Shown here in pieces: positions 50,159 through 59,481 of a stretch of DNA of 64,000 bases (within the stretch, counting starts at the first letter, position 1; the number at the start of each line of letters is the position of its first letter). Origin of the DNA: a virus. Lineage: Duplodnaviria; Caudoviricetes. The translations under genes and the position numbers were made by a program. The stretch spans positions 9,788 to 73,787 of the IMG/VR virus record IMGVR_UViG_2974646641_000001. One strand, given 5' to 3'. The notes beneath the pieces are model-generated. The model was given only the letters and a program-made list of their open reading frames with translations. It searched no databases and was not told the origin of the DNA.

Positions 50159-50573
50159 GGTATTATCATACTGCGACATTAAAACTTTTTATGAGTTTTA
50201 TTTCCAAACAAGTATGGCTCACAAAATTATTAAGCTAGATGATACGCATTATTATTTAACTGACACTGGCTTTAAACATGTAGAATCTGACAGCATTGTT
50301 ATCTTTGATAAAAATGAAGACCACTGGACAAAATACAATGACGTGATTTCTAAAAAGGAATTTGATAGCGAACTTGCTATCATTGAAGCTCCATGGATTC
50401 CACCGTTCCTAATGAGCTTTCGATTCCATATGAGATTCGACCAGATGATTGCAGTGTTTACGACCATGTTAGATGAGTTCAACGCAGACGACACTGACGA
50501 CACTGACAATTTAAAAGACCAATTAGAGTGGATTTTGAAGAACCAAGATGTATTTAAGTATATTTTGGGATAG
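50127..50573 (+). CDS. hypothetical protein
   Basis: AAGGGG RBS; followed by hairpin 50570-50590. Confidence 0.55.
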   Translation: MNGYAKRKNGKVLSYCDIKTFYEFYFQTSMAHKIIKLDDTHYYLTDTGFKHVESDSIVIFDKNEDHWTKYNDVISKKEFDSELAIIEAPWIPPFLMSFRFHMRFDQMIAVFTTMLDEFNADDTDDTDNLKDQLEWILKNQDVFKYILG

Positions 50574-50672
50574 GGTTTAAGCCCTATTTTTCGTTGTTTT
50601 GTATTTCTAAAAAATACTTGCATTACCCTATGATTGGTGTTATAATTGATTTATCAAATAAGGGGAAATAAT

Positions 50673-50927
50673 ATGAGAAAAATTGTGCGATTATATGCCG
50701 TTAGTGATGAGGATTACGCTGTACAGCATTTCTACACGGAGAAAATCTTTGACGCCGGTTTTGATGTTCGGTATAAGTTAGACAAAGATGGTGAAAAAGC
50801 AAGTTATTTAGTGGATTTCGACTTACGTGATTTACCTAAGCTGATGAAAGCTGTTGACGAGGAGATAATTATATCTTATGACAATAATGAATTGGCAATC
50901 ACAATCTATGATATGCCATTTTGCTAA
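50673..50927 (+). CDS. hypothetical acidic protein
   Basis: own promoter-like sequence; AAGGGG RBS. Confidence 0.6.
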   Translation: MRKIVRLYAVSDEDYAVQHFYTEKIFDAGFDVRYKLDKDGEKASYLVDFDLRDLPKLMKAVDEEIIISYDNNELAITIYDMPFC

Positions 50928-50944
50928 TTAAAGGAGGAATAATT

Positions 50945-51340
50945 ATGGACTTTACTGAAATGACTAAGAAACTGTTTGCTGGAGAGCTGGTAAGACGGGT
51001 TGATTGGAAGCTAGACTATCACATTTTTATCGCTCCAGACAGTGTTATTGTTGACGAAGACGGGTTCCCTTATAGTTTTTCCAGATATGATTACGAAGCT
51101 GAATGGGAAGTCTATTCTCCGGCTACCGAAGACCATGAAGCCGGAACAATATTGTCTTACATCACCTTAGATGGTGATAAGAAGCTTTGCGTGTTGGTTG
51201 AGGATAGTGACGATAATAGCTACGTTATTGTGGATATGAGCGACTGGAGTATTTACGCGAAACACATTAGAAAAGACGACTTAGATATTTTCCTTGACGC
51301 ATATAGCTTGAAAAAAGAAAAGAAAACGGAGGACAAATAA
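50945..51340 (+). CDS. hypothetical protein (DUF2829-like N-terminus)
   Basis: MDF.E....L..G..VRR..W pattern. Confidence 0.5.
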   Translation: MDFTEMTKKLFAGELVRRVDWKLDYHIFIAPDSVIVDEDGFPYSFSRYDYEAEWEVYSPATEDHEAGTILSYITLDGDKKLCVLVEDSDDNSYVIVDMSDWSIYAKHIRKDDLDIFLDAYSLKKEKKTEDK

Positions 51341-51648
51341 TGATGGATATGATTGAAGCAATTGAAGGCTGGGCTAAGGAACGTGGACTTGACAAATCAG
51401 ATAGTAATAAACAGCTCATTAAGTTGGTAGAAGAGGTGGGAGAACTAAGCGAGGCGCATAATAAGGGCTGGGAAGCTGAACGAGCTGACAGCCTCGGTGA
51501 CATGTTTGTCGTAATGGTAATTTATGCCATGCAAAACAATCTGCACATGGAATATTGTATTGATAAAGCCTACGAAACCATCAAGAACCGTAAAGGTAAG
51601 ACTGTTAATGGCGTGTTCATTAAAGACCAAGATTTAAAGGAGGATTGA
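51340..51648 (+). CDS. MazG-like nucleotide pyrophosphohydrolase
   Basis: KLVEEVGEL...DSLGD; AY..IK.RKG..VNG.F.K. Confidence 0.85.
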   Translation: MMDMIEAIEGWAKERGLDKSDSNKQLIKLVEEVGELSEAHNKGWEAERADSLGDMFVVMVIYAMQNNLHMEYCIDKAYETIKNRKGKTVNGVFIKDQDLKED

Positions 51649-51932
51649 TAATGGCTGACAGAGTATTTGATTTCATTACAAAGGAAAACAAGCCGGGTAA
51701 GATTAATCACAAATATGTCAAAGAGTCGAGCGTAGAAAAAGCAATTGAAGTTCACCATATAGATATTAATAAGTATGTTGTCACAGAATTGACGCTGGAC
51801 GAATTTGTATCTATCAGCGACCGATTCGATGAATATTTCGGCCATGAGCGCAAGTCGTTAGATGAACGAAAGAAAAACCTAAAGGATTATCAAGGCGTCT
51901 TGCTTGTGACTAATGTATCTCTATGGCCCTAA
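51645..51932 (+). CDS. hypothetical protein
   Basis: overlap-coupled ORF. Confidence 0.55.
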   Translation: MIMADRVFDFITKENKPGKINHKYVKESSVEKAIEVHHIDINKYVVTELTLDEFVSISDRFDEYFGHERKSLDERKKNLKDYQGVLLVTNVSLWP

Positions 51933-52033
51933 TCGCTAAAAATAACGAATAAAATGGTAATTTTACCAAGAAAACAGTTGACAAAAGCGTGCCAGTTTGG
52001 TACGCTGTACATACAATAAAGGAGGAATGTGAT

Positions 52034-52465
52034 ATGGATATTGGTTTTGCGGCTGGTACTAAGGTGCTAATCAAAAAAGGACAAAAGAATATTGAGAGTG
52101 TCACGACCAGAGATGAAGTCTTGACAGCCAACGGCACCTATCGGAAAGTGTCACAAAAGATGACTGACAAGTCGGACGATATTTATGAACTGAAAATTCT
52201 GTTTCAACCTGACACTAAAGTCACTGGAAACCAACGCTACTGTATTAGGCGAAAAATGGAAGATGGTTATTCACTGTCGAGGTGGGTGCCAGTCAATGAC
52301 GTTAATGTTGGTGATTTGGTAATTGTCTATGTGTTGGACGACACAGCCCCTGTTCATAGACCAGTTAAAGGTATTAAAAAACTGAACGAGGGGCAAAAAG
52401 TTTATAGCTTAAAAACCAATGAAAAACACAGCTTTACAGCCAATGGCGCTGTGGTTCATGATTAA
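52034..52465 (+). CDS. stand-alone Hint (intein-like) domain protein with degenerate catalytic residues
   Basis: GFAAGTKV...G..NIE.V...DEVLT; WVPV.DV.VGD; VYSL....HSFTANGAVVHD-stop. Confidence 0.8.
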   Translation: MDIGFAAGTKVLIKKGQKNIESVTTRDEVLTANGTYRKVSQKMTDKSDDIYELKILFQPDTKVTGNQRYCIRRKMEDGYSLSRWVPVNDVNVGDLVIVYVLDDTAPVHRPVKGIKKLNEGQKVYSLKTNEKHSFTANGAVVHD

Positions 52466-52476
52466 AGGAGGAAATA

Positions 52477-52848
52477 ATGGATAATTTAAAGTTTCGTGCA
52501 TGGATTAAAAAGGCCGATGGTACTTGCGACAAAGTTAGCCCTATGACAATTCAACAGATGTTACGGCAAGAAACGGCACTTGGATTAGTGTCTTTAGGGG
52601 TAACGGATTTAGAGCAATCAACTAACATTAAAGATAAGAACGGAGAAATTATTTTTGACGGTGACATTGTTCATTTATCAACTCACGATGGATATAAACG
52701 AACTGGTCAGGTTGAGGTTGAAAATGGCCGAGTTAGGATTGTTAGCGAATTAGATTCTTATTCTTTCAGCCGAACTGGTTCCGAAAGTGATACCTTGGAA
52801 GTCGTTGGTAATGTACACGAGGACAAAGAATTATTGGAGAAGGAATAA
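52477..52848 (+). CDS. YopX-family protein
   Basis: LKFRAW; QST..KDKNG..IFDGDI; EVVGNVHED.ELLE. Confidence 0.85.
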   Translation: MDNLKFRAWIKKADGTCDKVSPMTIQQMLRQETALGLVSLGVTDLEQSTNIKDKNGEIIFDGDIVHLSTHDGYKRTGQVEVENGRVRIVSELDSYSFSRTGSESDTLEVVGNVHEDKELLEKE

Positions 52849-52850
52849 AA

Positions 52851-53129
52851 ATGGACGATGATTTTGAATATGCTGACGCTGTGCTTGTCCAAGTCGACTC
52901 AAATGGTAAGGCAGAAGAATTATGGCTACTGTCAGACGAAGATTTCTTAGACTATATTATTAAAAATGGCATTGATTGTGACTATGCTGTCAAAGGGTTT
53001 AAGGCGTGGACAATTGCCAAAAGAATTAAGCGTAATGGGTGGCGTCCTACTCTAAAGCAAAGAACCGCAATCACTAACGTGTTCTGTTTTACTCTATATG
53101 GAGTGACGCCAAATTGGTTAATAAATTAA
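52851..53129 (+). CDS. hypothetical protein
   Basis: 92 aa; GAAGGA RBS. Confidence 0.55.
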   Translation: MDDDFEYADAVLVQVDSNGKAEELWLLSDEDFLDYIIKNGIDCDYAVKGFKAWTIAKRIKRNGWRPTLKQRTAITNVFCFTLYGVTPNWLIN

Positions 53130-53145
53130 TTAAGGAGGAAAACTT

Positions 53146-53625
53146 ATGATTAAGTTTAGAGCGTGGGACAAGAGAATCGAAGCTTATCTTTATAATGTAC
53201 AAGACGCTTATGACACGTTGAGCGGCTTCGTAAAATATGACGATGGTGAAGACGCTGACTATGATGAGGATTGCTTTGGAGCATTCTTAGATAATAAACG
53301 GTATGACGTTGAGCAGTTTACCGGATTGAAAGACGTGAACGGTAAGGAAATCTATGTTGGCGATATTATCCAGTATAACGAACATTACTACGCATATTCT
53401 ATGGGTGGAGTAACAAATATCAAAACTGAATATATTGGAATTGTTGTTAAAAATAATTGGTCTTTAGGGATTTTAATTAATAAAGTTATCCATACAGACG
53501 CGCATATCAATCATTATAATACTAAAGAATTTGTGCCGTTTCGTGATTTTGAAGACCCAGAGGCAGATGTGTTGTTAAAGGGCAACGTTCACGCTAACCC
53601 AGAGCTATTGGAGGAAGACGAATGA
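53146..53625 (+). CDS. YopX-family protein
   Basis: IKFRAWDK; QFTGLKD.NGKEIY.GDI; GNVH.NPELLE. Confidence 0.88.
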   Translation: MIKFRAWDKRIEAYLYNVQDAYDTLSGFVKYDDGEDADYDEDCFGAFLDNKRYDVEQFTGLKDVNGKEIYVGDIIQYNEHYYAYSMGGVTNIKTEYIGIVVKNNWSLGILINKVIHTDAHINHYNTKEFVPFRDFEDPEADVLLKGNVHANPELLEEDE

Positions 53626-54029
53626 TTAAAGTTTATCGTAAAACAGCCACTATCAAGGCCGAACAGTTTGATAATAGTAGAGAGATGGCTAAAAAGTATC
53701 ATGTTGAATATGATGGAGCATACATTTTACCTTTCAGAATTGAAACCAAGAATGGGTGGCTAGGAATGAAAGTTGGTGACTGGATTTTAACTGATACAGA
53801 CGGAAAGCACTGGCCGATTGCAGATGACGTATTCAAAAAGACGTATGACGAACTGCCAGTGATTCCTAAAGAGGTAGCGGATTATCTTGAAGTTGTCAGA
53901 CAGGAAGAAACACTGTTTGGTGTTTTAGATGAGGCACTAGCAGGGGTTAGCGACTTATCTCTGTGGATTGCTGAGAACCAAGATAATTTTGCCCGTGCGT
54001 GGCTAGACGGTTATACGGTGGAGGAATAA
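53622..54029 (+). CDS. two-domain protein with C-terminal DUF1642, paralogue A
   Basis: LPVIPKEVA.Y...FARAWLDGY.VEE. Confidence 0.75.
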   Translation: MIKVYRKTATIKAEQFDNSREMAKKYHVEYDGAYILPFRIETKNGWLGMKVGDWILTDTDGKHWPIADDVFKKTYDELPVIPKEVADYLEVVRQEETLFGVLDEALAGVSDLSLWIAENQDNFARAWLDGYTVEE

Positions 54030-54032
54030 AAA

Positions 54033-54476
54033 ATGAAAGTATATCTTAAACGGCCATTTCAGGCCGAAAAATTTGATGGTAGTGAAGAAATGAGAGAAAA
54101 ATATCATATTGCTATTGGAAGCGGCTGGGTAGCCCCTTATCGAATTAATACTCTTGAAGGCTGGGTGGGAGTACAAATTAACTCTTGGATTGCAACTGGT
54201 ATTGATGGTGAGCATTGGACTATTGCAGATGATGTGTTCAAAAAGATGTATGCCGAGTTACCGGTGATTCCTAAAGAAGTTGCAAATTACCTTGTTGACT
54301 GTAAGCATGACCATACTACCATAGGAACATCTTTATCTGGCAATATCGTGTTGTTTGGTCATGCTAGGTCACATGATATAATTCACGACATATTAAGTTG
54401 GTTGTGCCCGTCTGATAATCAAGATTTGTTTGCCCGTGCTTGGTTAGATGGGTACGTTGTGGAGGAAAACAAATGA
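54033..54476 (+). CDS. two-domain protein with C-terminal DUF1642, paralogue B
   Basis: same architecture and motifs as paralogue A. Confidence 0.75.
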   Translation: MKVYLKRPFQAEKFDGSEEMREKYHIAIGSGWVAPYRINTLEGWVGVQINSWIATGIDGEHWTIADDVFKKMYAELPVIPKEVANYLVDCKHDHTTIGTSLSGNIVLFGHARSHDIIHDILSWLCPSDNQDLFARAWLDGYVVEENK

Positions 54477-54979
54477 AAAATAAAGTTCTGATTATTGCGG
54501 CATTCCCAGCGATGGGTAAAACATATTTCACAGAACACAATTCAAAATATACAAAACAAATTCTGGACTCTGACAGCTCGCTATTTAGTTGGAGCTATAA
54601 CCACAGGGGAAACAGTCGTAATAGGAATCCAGAATTTCCTTATAACTATTTAAATTATATTGCATATATGTATAAGAGTTTACAACATAGTCCCGTGATG
54701 GATATTGAAGGTCTACCACAGGTTAGCGGTATTATTTTTACTAGCACTCATTCTAGTGTGGTTAAAGGTTTAAATCAATACAATCTTCCTTTTACCGCAG
54801 TCATTCCTAACTCAAAGTCTATTTTAATGGAGCGGCTAAAAGCTAGGAATGACCCTATGACTGAGATGATTGATGGAAACTATGATAAATTTACTAATGA
54901 CGTAAAAGTGAACGCTGGTAGTGTAATAATTTCTAATTTAACAATCAGCGGACTGGTAAGAGAACGTTGGTTTGATTAA
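54473..54979 (+). CDS. P-loop NTPase/kinase-like protein
   Basis: IIAAFPAMGKTY; LDSDSS; L.ERL..R. Confidence 0.65.
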   Translation: MKNKVLIIAAFPAMGKTYFTEHNSKYTKQILDSDSSLFSWSYNHRGNSRNRNPEFPYNYLNYIAYMYKSLQHSPVMDIEGLPQVSGIIFTSTHSSVVKGLNQYNLPFTAVIPNSKSILMERLKARNDPMTEMIDGNYDKFTNDVKVNAGSVIISNLTISGLVRERWFD

Positions 54980-54995
54980 TTAGGAGGGGAAAATA

Positions 54996-55169
54996 ATGAA
55001 GATTAAAACTTTTAGCCAAGGTTGGCAGGAAAATGACGAAAAATTTGATAGCCGTGTGAATGGATTTATCGAAGACAAGCAAGTTGTTCAGATTACAACT
55101 AATGAAACTGTTAGTGATAGTTTTGATTTAACACATTCATTAACCGTATTATATGAGGAGGAAGCATAA
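54996..55169 (+). CDS. small hypothetical protein (57 aa)
   Basis: MKIKTFSQ...; GGAGG RBS; TAATG coupling. Confidence 0.55.
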   Translation: MKIKTFSQGWQENDEKFDSRVNGFIEDKQVVQITTNETVSDSFDLTHSLTVLYEEEA

Positions 55170-55609
55170 TGAAATATAGTGAAGCTAAGAAAGAGATTGA
55201 AGCATTATCAAGTAAGTACAATGCCTACAAAGATAAATATACGGATTATTTTAATGTTTTCTATAAGAATGAAGAAGTTGCTTATCTCAAAACTGATAAA
55301 CGTTATTCAGTTACAGTTTGGTCTGAAAATAATTTTACAAAGCTACCTTTTAGTAATAAGCTTTTCATGATTATGTCAGAACTTGCGATGACACCACTTG
55401 ATAAACGGGTGGAAGAAAAGAAGTATCAGGTAAAAGTATTCGGAGAATATCTTAATGTTCCAATTGGCAATGTTCGTCCATTTTTATTTGATGAAGACGA
55501 TACAGAAAATACCAAAACATGCTTTACTTTATACGAAATCGAACAGCTAAAGCAACGTGAAGATATTCCACTAAATTGGGAAAAAGTAAAATTGGAAGAC
55601 GCCAAATAG
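55169..55609 (+). CDS. hypothetical protein
   Basis: 146 aa; GAGGAGG RBS. Confidence 0.65.
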   Translation: MKYSEAKKEIEALSSKYNAYKDKYTDYFNVFYKNEEVAYLKTDKRYSVTVWSENNFTKLPFSNKLFMIMSELAMTPLDKRVEEKKYQVKVFGEYLNVPIGNVRPFLFDEDDTENTKTCFTLYEIEQLKQREDIPLNWEKVKLEDAK

Positions 55610-55783
55610 AGGACATGTTAAGCGAAACAACTAAGGCGTTAAAGAAAAAATATCTGGAAAATAAGGACATCTTTGATAGCAAGAGAGAAAAATTAACTAA
55701 AAGAAATAACGAGATATACTCTGAATTTATCAAGAAACAAAAGGAGTTAATCCGCCGTAAAGAATAATATTAAGAAATAAACT

Positions 55784-55812
55784 AAGGACACTTTAAATAA
55801 AGTGTTCTTTTT
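55784..55812 (+). terminator. intrinsic terminator overlapping next promoter
   Basis: aaggacacttt/aaagtgttctt stem + T-run. Confidence 0.7.
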
Positions 55813-55874
55813 GTATTGACATGAAACTGAGTCTATGATATAATATAACCATAGTTAAGAAAGGAAGATGAAAC

Positions 55875-56270
55875 ATGCAAAAATTAATTGGTTATCGAAC
55901 AGAACGGGAAGTATTGTTTCCGATTCAAGACATTTACCTCAATAAGCCCTGTGAGGTGTGGATATATAATTCAAACACAAAGGTCAATGCCGACTTGGAA
56001 AATTGGCTCCAAACTAGAATGACGTGCCGTCACTGTGGTTTTGTGTTTGTCGAGAGATTAATCGGTGAAGGGCATAAACAACGCATAGTTGAGGTTGATG
56101 GCCAGAAGCTACTCAAAGAGGAATACAAATGTATCTGCCCCTATTGCCATACAGTCTGGACTTTAAATGCCACAAGGAAGCTAGATTATAAAACTCTGGC
56201 ACTTGACGCTAACGAAGACCTGAACCAAGGTATTACAGAAGTAGATAAAGAAATCAAAGGAGAGGATTAG
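55875..56270 (+). CDS. Zn-ribbon protein
   Basis: CRHC and CPYC pairs; TTGACA-17-TATAAT-like promoter upstream. Confidence 0.65.
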   Translation: MQKLIGYRTEREVLFPIQDIYLNKPCEVWIYNSNTKVNADLENWLQTRMTCRHCGFVFVERLIGEGHKQRIVEVDGQKLLKEEYKCICPYCHTVWTLNATRKLDYKTLALDANEDLNQGITEVDKEIKGED

Positions 56271-56272
56271 CA

Positions 56273-56932
56273 ATGCTTAAAGAAATCAAAAAGAAAATTA
56301 TCACTGAATCTGTTGCTGTGGCCGAAGAACCCCTTATCAGATATTTCTATGGAGTTGTTAATTCTGGCAAAACGGCAAAGTTATTAAAATCAAACTTAGA
56401 TTATGACCGCAATATCATCTTTGTCCTCCCGGAAATTAACACAAACGGAACTATCAGCGCCGATAGAATCAAAATCTCTGACACCTATACTTTAGATTCG
56501 ACCATTTTACCAGACATCATTTTTGGTCAACACCATCAAGAACAGTCCACCGAACTACTTGACTTGCTGTATAAAGGCTGTCACCGAGTAGATAAAGTTG
56601 TCGTTGACGAAGCCCAGTTCTTAACAGTTGATGACGCCTACGAATTGATTCAGGCTTGCAAAGATACTAACACAAAGCTTGACGCCTACGGCCTACTAAC
56701 TGACTTCCGAGGTGAAATGTTCCGCAGTGCCAGAGAATTAGTAGATGGAGCTGATGAAGTTATTTGTGTTGAACGCCCCTGTGAATTTATGATGTGTCGA
56801 GAAAAAGCTAACTGGAATTGCTTAATCAAACAAGCAGAAACCCCTAAATCAAATATCGTCCTTGGTAAGGATTATATCGCCCTTTGTGATGAGCACCGAG
56901 AGGTTTTTGCGGGGGAGGGATTAATCGAATGA
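56273..56932 (+). CDS. tdk: thymidine kinase
   Basis: YG.VNSGKT..LL; VVDEAQFL; YGL.TDFRG.MF; Cys lasso region. Confidence 0.9.
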   Translation: MLKEIKKKIITESVAVAEEPLIRYFYGVVNSGKTAKLLKSNLDYDRNIIFVLPEINTNGTISADRIKISDTYTLDSTILPDIIFGQHHQEQSTELLDLLYKGCHRVDKVVVDEAQFLTVDDAYELIQACKDTNTKLDAYGLLTDFRGEMFRSARELVDGADEVICVERPCEFMMCREKANWNCLIKQAETPKSNIVLGKDYIALCDEHREVFAGEGLIE

Positions 56933-57108
56933 GTTATACAGCAGACCAAGCTATCGCCGGTGATGACCTGCTTTGTTATTGTTCCCAGTGTCAAGAGAAC
57001 AGAGAATTTAAACGAATCTCACTAGCTGTCATCACTGGTAAGTATGTAACCGCCAAATATGAATGTACAGAATGTGGACGCCAAAACTTATATAAGTTTC
57101 CAAAATAA
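56929..57108 (+). CDS. small Zn-ribbon protein (59 aa)
   Basis: CSQC...CTECG; ATGA overlap with tdk. Confidence 0.65.
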   Translation: MSYTADQAIAGDDLLCYCSQCQENREFKRISLAVITGKYVTAKYECTECGRQNLYKFPK

Positions 57109-57114
57109 TACTAA

Positions 57115-57143
57115 CCCCGGCCTAAACTGGCTGGGGCTTTTTT
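57115..57143 (+). terminator. intrinsic terminator ending the middle block
   Basis: ccccggcc/ggctgggg stem + T-run. Confidence 0.8.
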
Positions 57144-57699
57144 GTGTACGGAAATCAGAAAAAGTTTATCAATATCTACCCCCGGATAAATTAGCTTTAA
57201 CATTTTCACTCAAAAAATCCAGAAAAAGTTCTTCAATATGTGTGATGTATATTATTATGTGTCACTTGTCGCCGATTTTTGCCGTCATCAGAAAAATATT
57301 CTTGTCAGAGTCTATTAGGAGCGTTCTATCGAAGTTCAAGTATAATTATGCCAGACTACCATATCTTTGCTTAAAACGCTCATCACAGCTTGTTTTGAAA
57401 TATAAGCCTAAAATACCCTAATATTTGCCGGTTTGTCGTTAATTTCATCGTTGAATCCACTTATCAACCCACAACCGTCACATAATATCTAGCAGAGGCT
57501 CCAATACACCAAAATGTCAGCTAAGTATCTTCCAGCACCGTGCCAGACATTGTCCCAGAGCACCTCGCCACAGCCCGTTGTCAAAAGCGGAAACACAAAC
57601 AACCCACATAACACAAATATCATTTCCGGGTGCTGTAATACACAACACGACAATCGCCAGCACACAAATGGTCACATAGCATTCCGTAAACGTTCGCAG

Positions 57700-57990
57700 A
57701 ATGTACCTGTAACACATGCCCCTACGAAATATGTGCCTACCCACATGTATATCCCCTACGAAAAACACGCACATACACGTATGGGCCTAGCCTACGAAAC
57801 ACACGTATAACGCACACATGAGCCTAACCATGCCCCCACGAAACACACGCAAACACGCATATGCACACAAGCACACGCAAGGCCGGGGCTGGAAAACACG
57901 CACAAGCACGCATGGCCGCAAGCAAGGCACGCATACACCACGCACCACACCACGCCCCGAAAAAACACATGCACACATAAGGGGCAGAAA
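57700..57990. repeat. CA-rich array with CC(T/C)ACGAAA units
   Basis: units at 57721, 57755, 57791, 57835, mostly followed by ACAC(G)-rich tracts. Confidence 0.75.
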
Positions 57991-58038
57991 GACCGGCACA
58001 ATGGTATTTTGATGGTATAACACACGCAAAAAGTGACG

Positions 58039-58190
58039 TTTTTCTACTATATTATGCAAAACGTTTTTTCGTAAAGCATATAAAAGTCATTTTTAAAATG
58101 TCGTTAGGCGTTGTCGCTGTAAGGATTGCGGGGCTTTTTAGGTGCAAAAAACGATAGTTTTCTACTATATTATGCAAAAAGATTTTTTGT
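58039..58190. repeat. 22-bp direct repeat TTTTCTACTATATTATGCAAAA x2 (tandem leftward promoters)
   Basis: copies near 58040-58061 and 58158-58179; minus strand reads TTTAC(A/G)-18-TATAGT. Confidence 0.7.
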
Positions 58191-58364
58191 AAAGATTAAA
58201 CTTTTTTGAATTTAGGGCTTGACTTTTTGGCGCCAAGCAATTACACTTGAGCCATCAAGTCGAGGAGGTAAGCAATGCAAGGCAAAATAAAAAATAAAAA
58301 ACTCTTGACAAGCAAAATTAGCGGCGTTATACTTGGGTCATCAAATAGCAAAGGAGTGAGCGAC

Positions 58365-58574
58365 ATGGCAGAACGTGAACTAATAAGCATTTTTCAACGT
58401 GGTAGTTGGTTTAGAGTTACATTCCTAACCGGCAACCGTATGGAATATTTCAAGGCGCAAGGCGTTGCAAAAACACGTGAGGCAATTCAATACTACGGCG
58501 TAAAACATACGCCGGGTAACCCCTACGCGGCAACGGTCGGAATACACTTACCAATATTTTTCAAAAAAAATTGA
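58365..58574 (+). CDS. early small hypothetical protein
   Basis: own TTGACA-TATACT promoter; AAGGAG RBS. Confidence 0.65.
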   Translation: MAERELISIFQRGSWFRVTFLTGNRMEYFKAQGVAKTREAIQYYGVKHTPGNPYAATVGIHLPIFFKKN

Positions 58575-58643
58575 GGAAAAGGTTGACAAACTAAAGCATT
58601 GGGATTAGAATTGGTTCAACAAATGAGAAAAGGGGAAATAAAT

Positions 58644-58964
58644 ATGATTTTGACAAACGAATTGAATACGGTGTATAGCATTAACGAAGCATGGTTACGG
58701 CGGGCATTGCGGCGTGAAACAAGCCTTATCAATGAGCACGCCGATACTCATATGGAGGTGGAGGTTTATAACAACCGGCCTAACCGCTTTATAATCGTGG
58801 TTGATTGCGCATTAGAATACATTCTAGCCACAACCGAATACACCGCCGAACTAACTGACCCCGCCGCGGGCGATACCTTATTGGCGGCCGTGGTTGATGA
58901 TAGCGATAACTTTGAGGATAAGTTAGCAATCCATGTTATTAGCGCCGTTTACAAAACGTTATAA
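58644..58964 (+). CDS. early acidic hypothetical protein
   Basis: own TTGACA-TAGAAT promoter; AAGGGG RBS. Confidence 0.7.
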   Translation: MILTNELNTVYSINEAWLRRALRRETSLINEHADTHMEVEVYNNRPNRFIIVVDCALEYILATTEYTAELTDPAAGDTLLAAVVDDSDNFEDKLAIHVISAVYKTL

Positions 58965-59048
58965 TTTTGTAAGTTATAAAAAAAGATTTGACAAGTAAAA
59001 GCACTATTGTTAAAATTAGGTTATTCAATTAAGAAAAGGGGAAACATC

Positions 59049-59294
59049 ATGGAATTAAACAACAAACTAATCGACATGCTGTTACGAAGTTCTGAACATT
59101 TTGAATTGGTGGGAGAATTAGATATATACGGGAATGGAACAATTATGGAAGTAAACACCCGTGACAAATTCTATTTGGTTAAAACTAACTGGCAAGGGAC
59201 ATGCACCAATGACGTAGTTTTAGCTAACACCGTGCGAAAAGAAATAAACAAGCTTATCAAGGTACTGGAAAATAAAGGTTTCAAGGAATTATAG
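59049..59294 (+). CDS. early hypothetical protein
   Basis: own TTGACA-TAAAAT promoter; AAGGGG RBS. Confidence 0.7.
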   Translation: MELNNKLIDMLLRSSEHFELVGELDIYGNGTIMEVNTRDKFYLVKTNWQGTCTNDVVLANTVRKEINKLIKVLENKGFKEL

Positions 59295-59305
59295 GGGGCG
59301 GCAAC

Positions 59306-59467
59306 ATGATTAAACTAACGATTAAGGAACTGAACGACATTGCATTCGATAGGGGCTATTTACCTTACGATTTTTTTACAGAAGTAGACGCCGCGGAAGT
59401 TGTTGCGTTGTTGTTGCAAGGCAAAAAGGTTTATCGAACTGAACACGGTTATTTTACGGAAATGTAA
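59306..59467 (+). CDS. early small protein (53 aa)
   Basis: AGGGGG RBS; MIKLTIKELND... Confidence 0.6.
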   Translation: MIKLTIKELNDIAFDRGYLPYDFFTEVDAAEVVALLLQGKKVYRTEHGYFTEM

Positions 59468-59481
59468 AGGGGTGTGACAAA

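Noticed and set aside
51340-51648. mazG as part of a mazEFG operon
   Set aside because: It lies 20 kb away on the opposite strand; MazG-like genes are common in phage nucleotide modules
57715-57850. CRISPR mini-array
   Set aside because: The repeats are only 9 bp, the spacers are low-complexity and variable in length, and there are no cas genes
57514-58059. ORFs 57514-57810, 57517-57774, 57787-58059, 57792-58025, 57818-58012
   Set aside because: Artefacts of CA/GT low-complexity DNA (Cys/Val or His/Thr-rich); no RBS
58035-58062. TATATTATGCAAAAC resembles the right arm of Firmicute dif sites, a possible target of the tyrosine recombinase
   Set aside because: The left arm shows no inverted symmetry or XerC-like sequence; a tandem promoter explains it better
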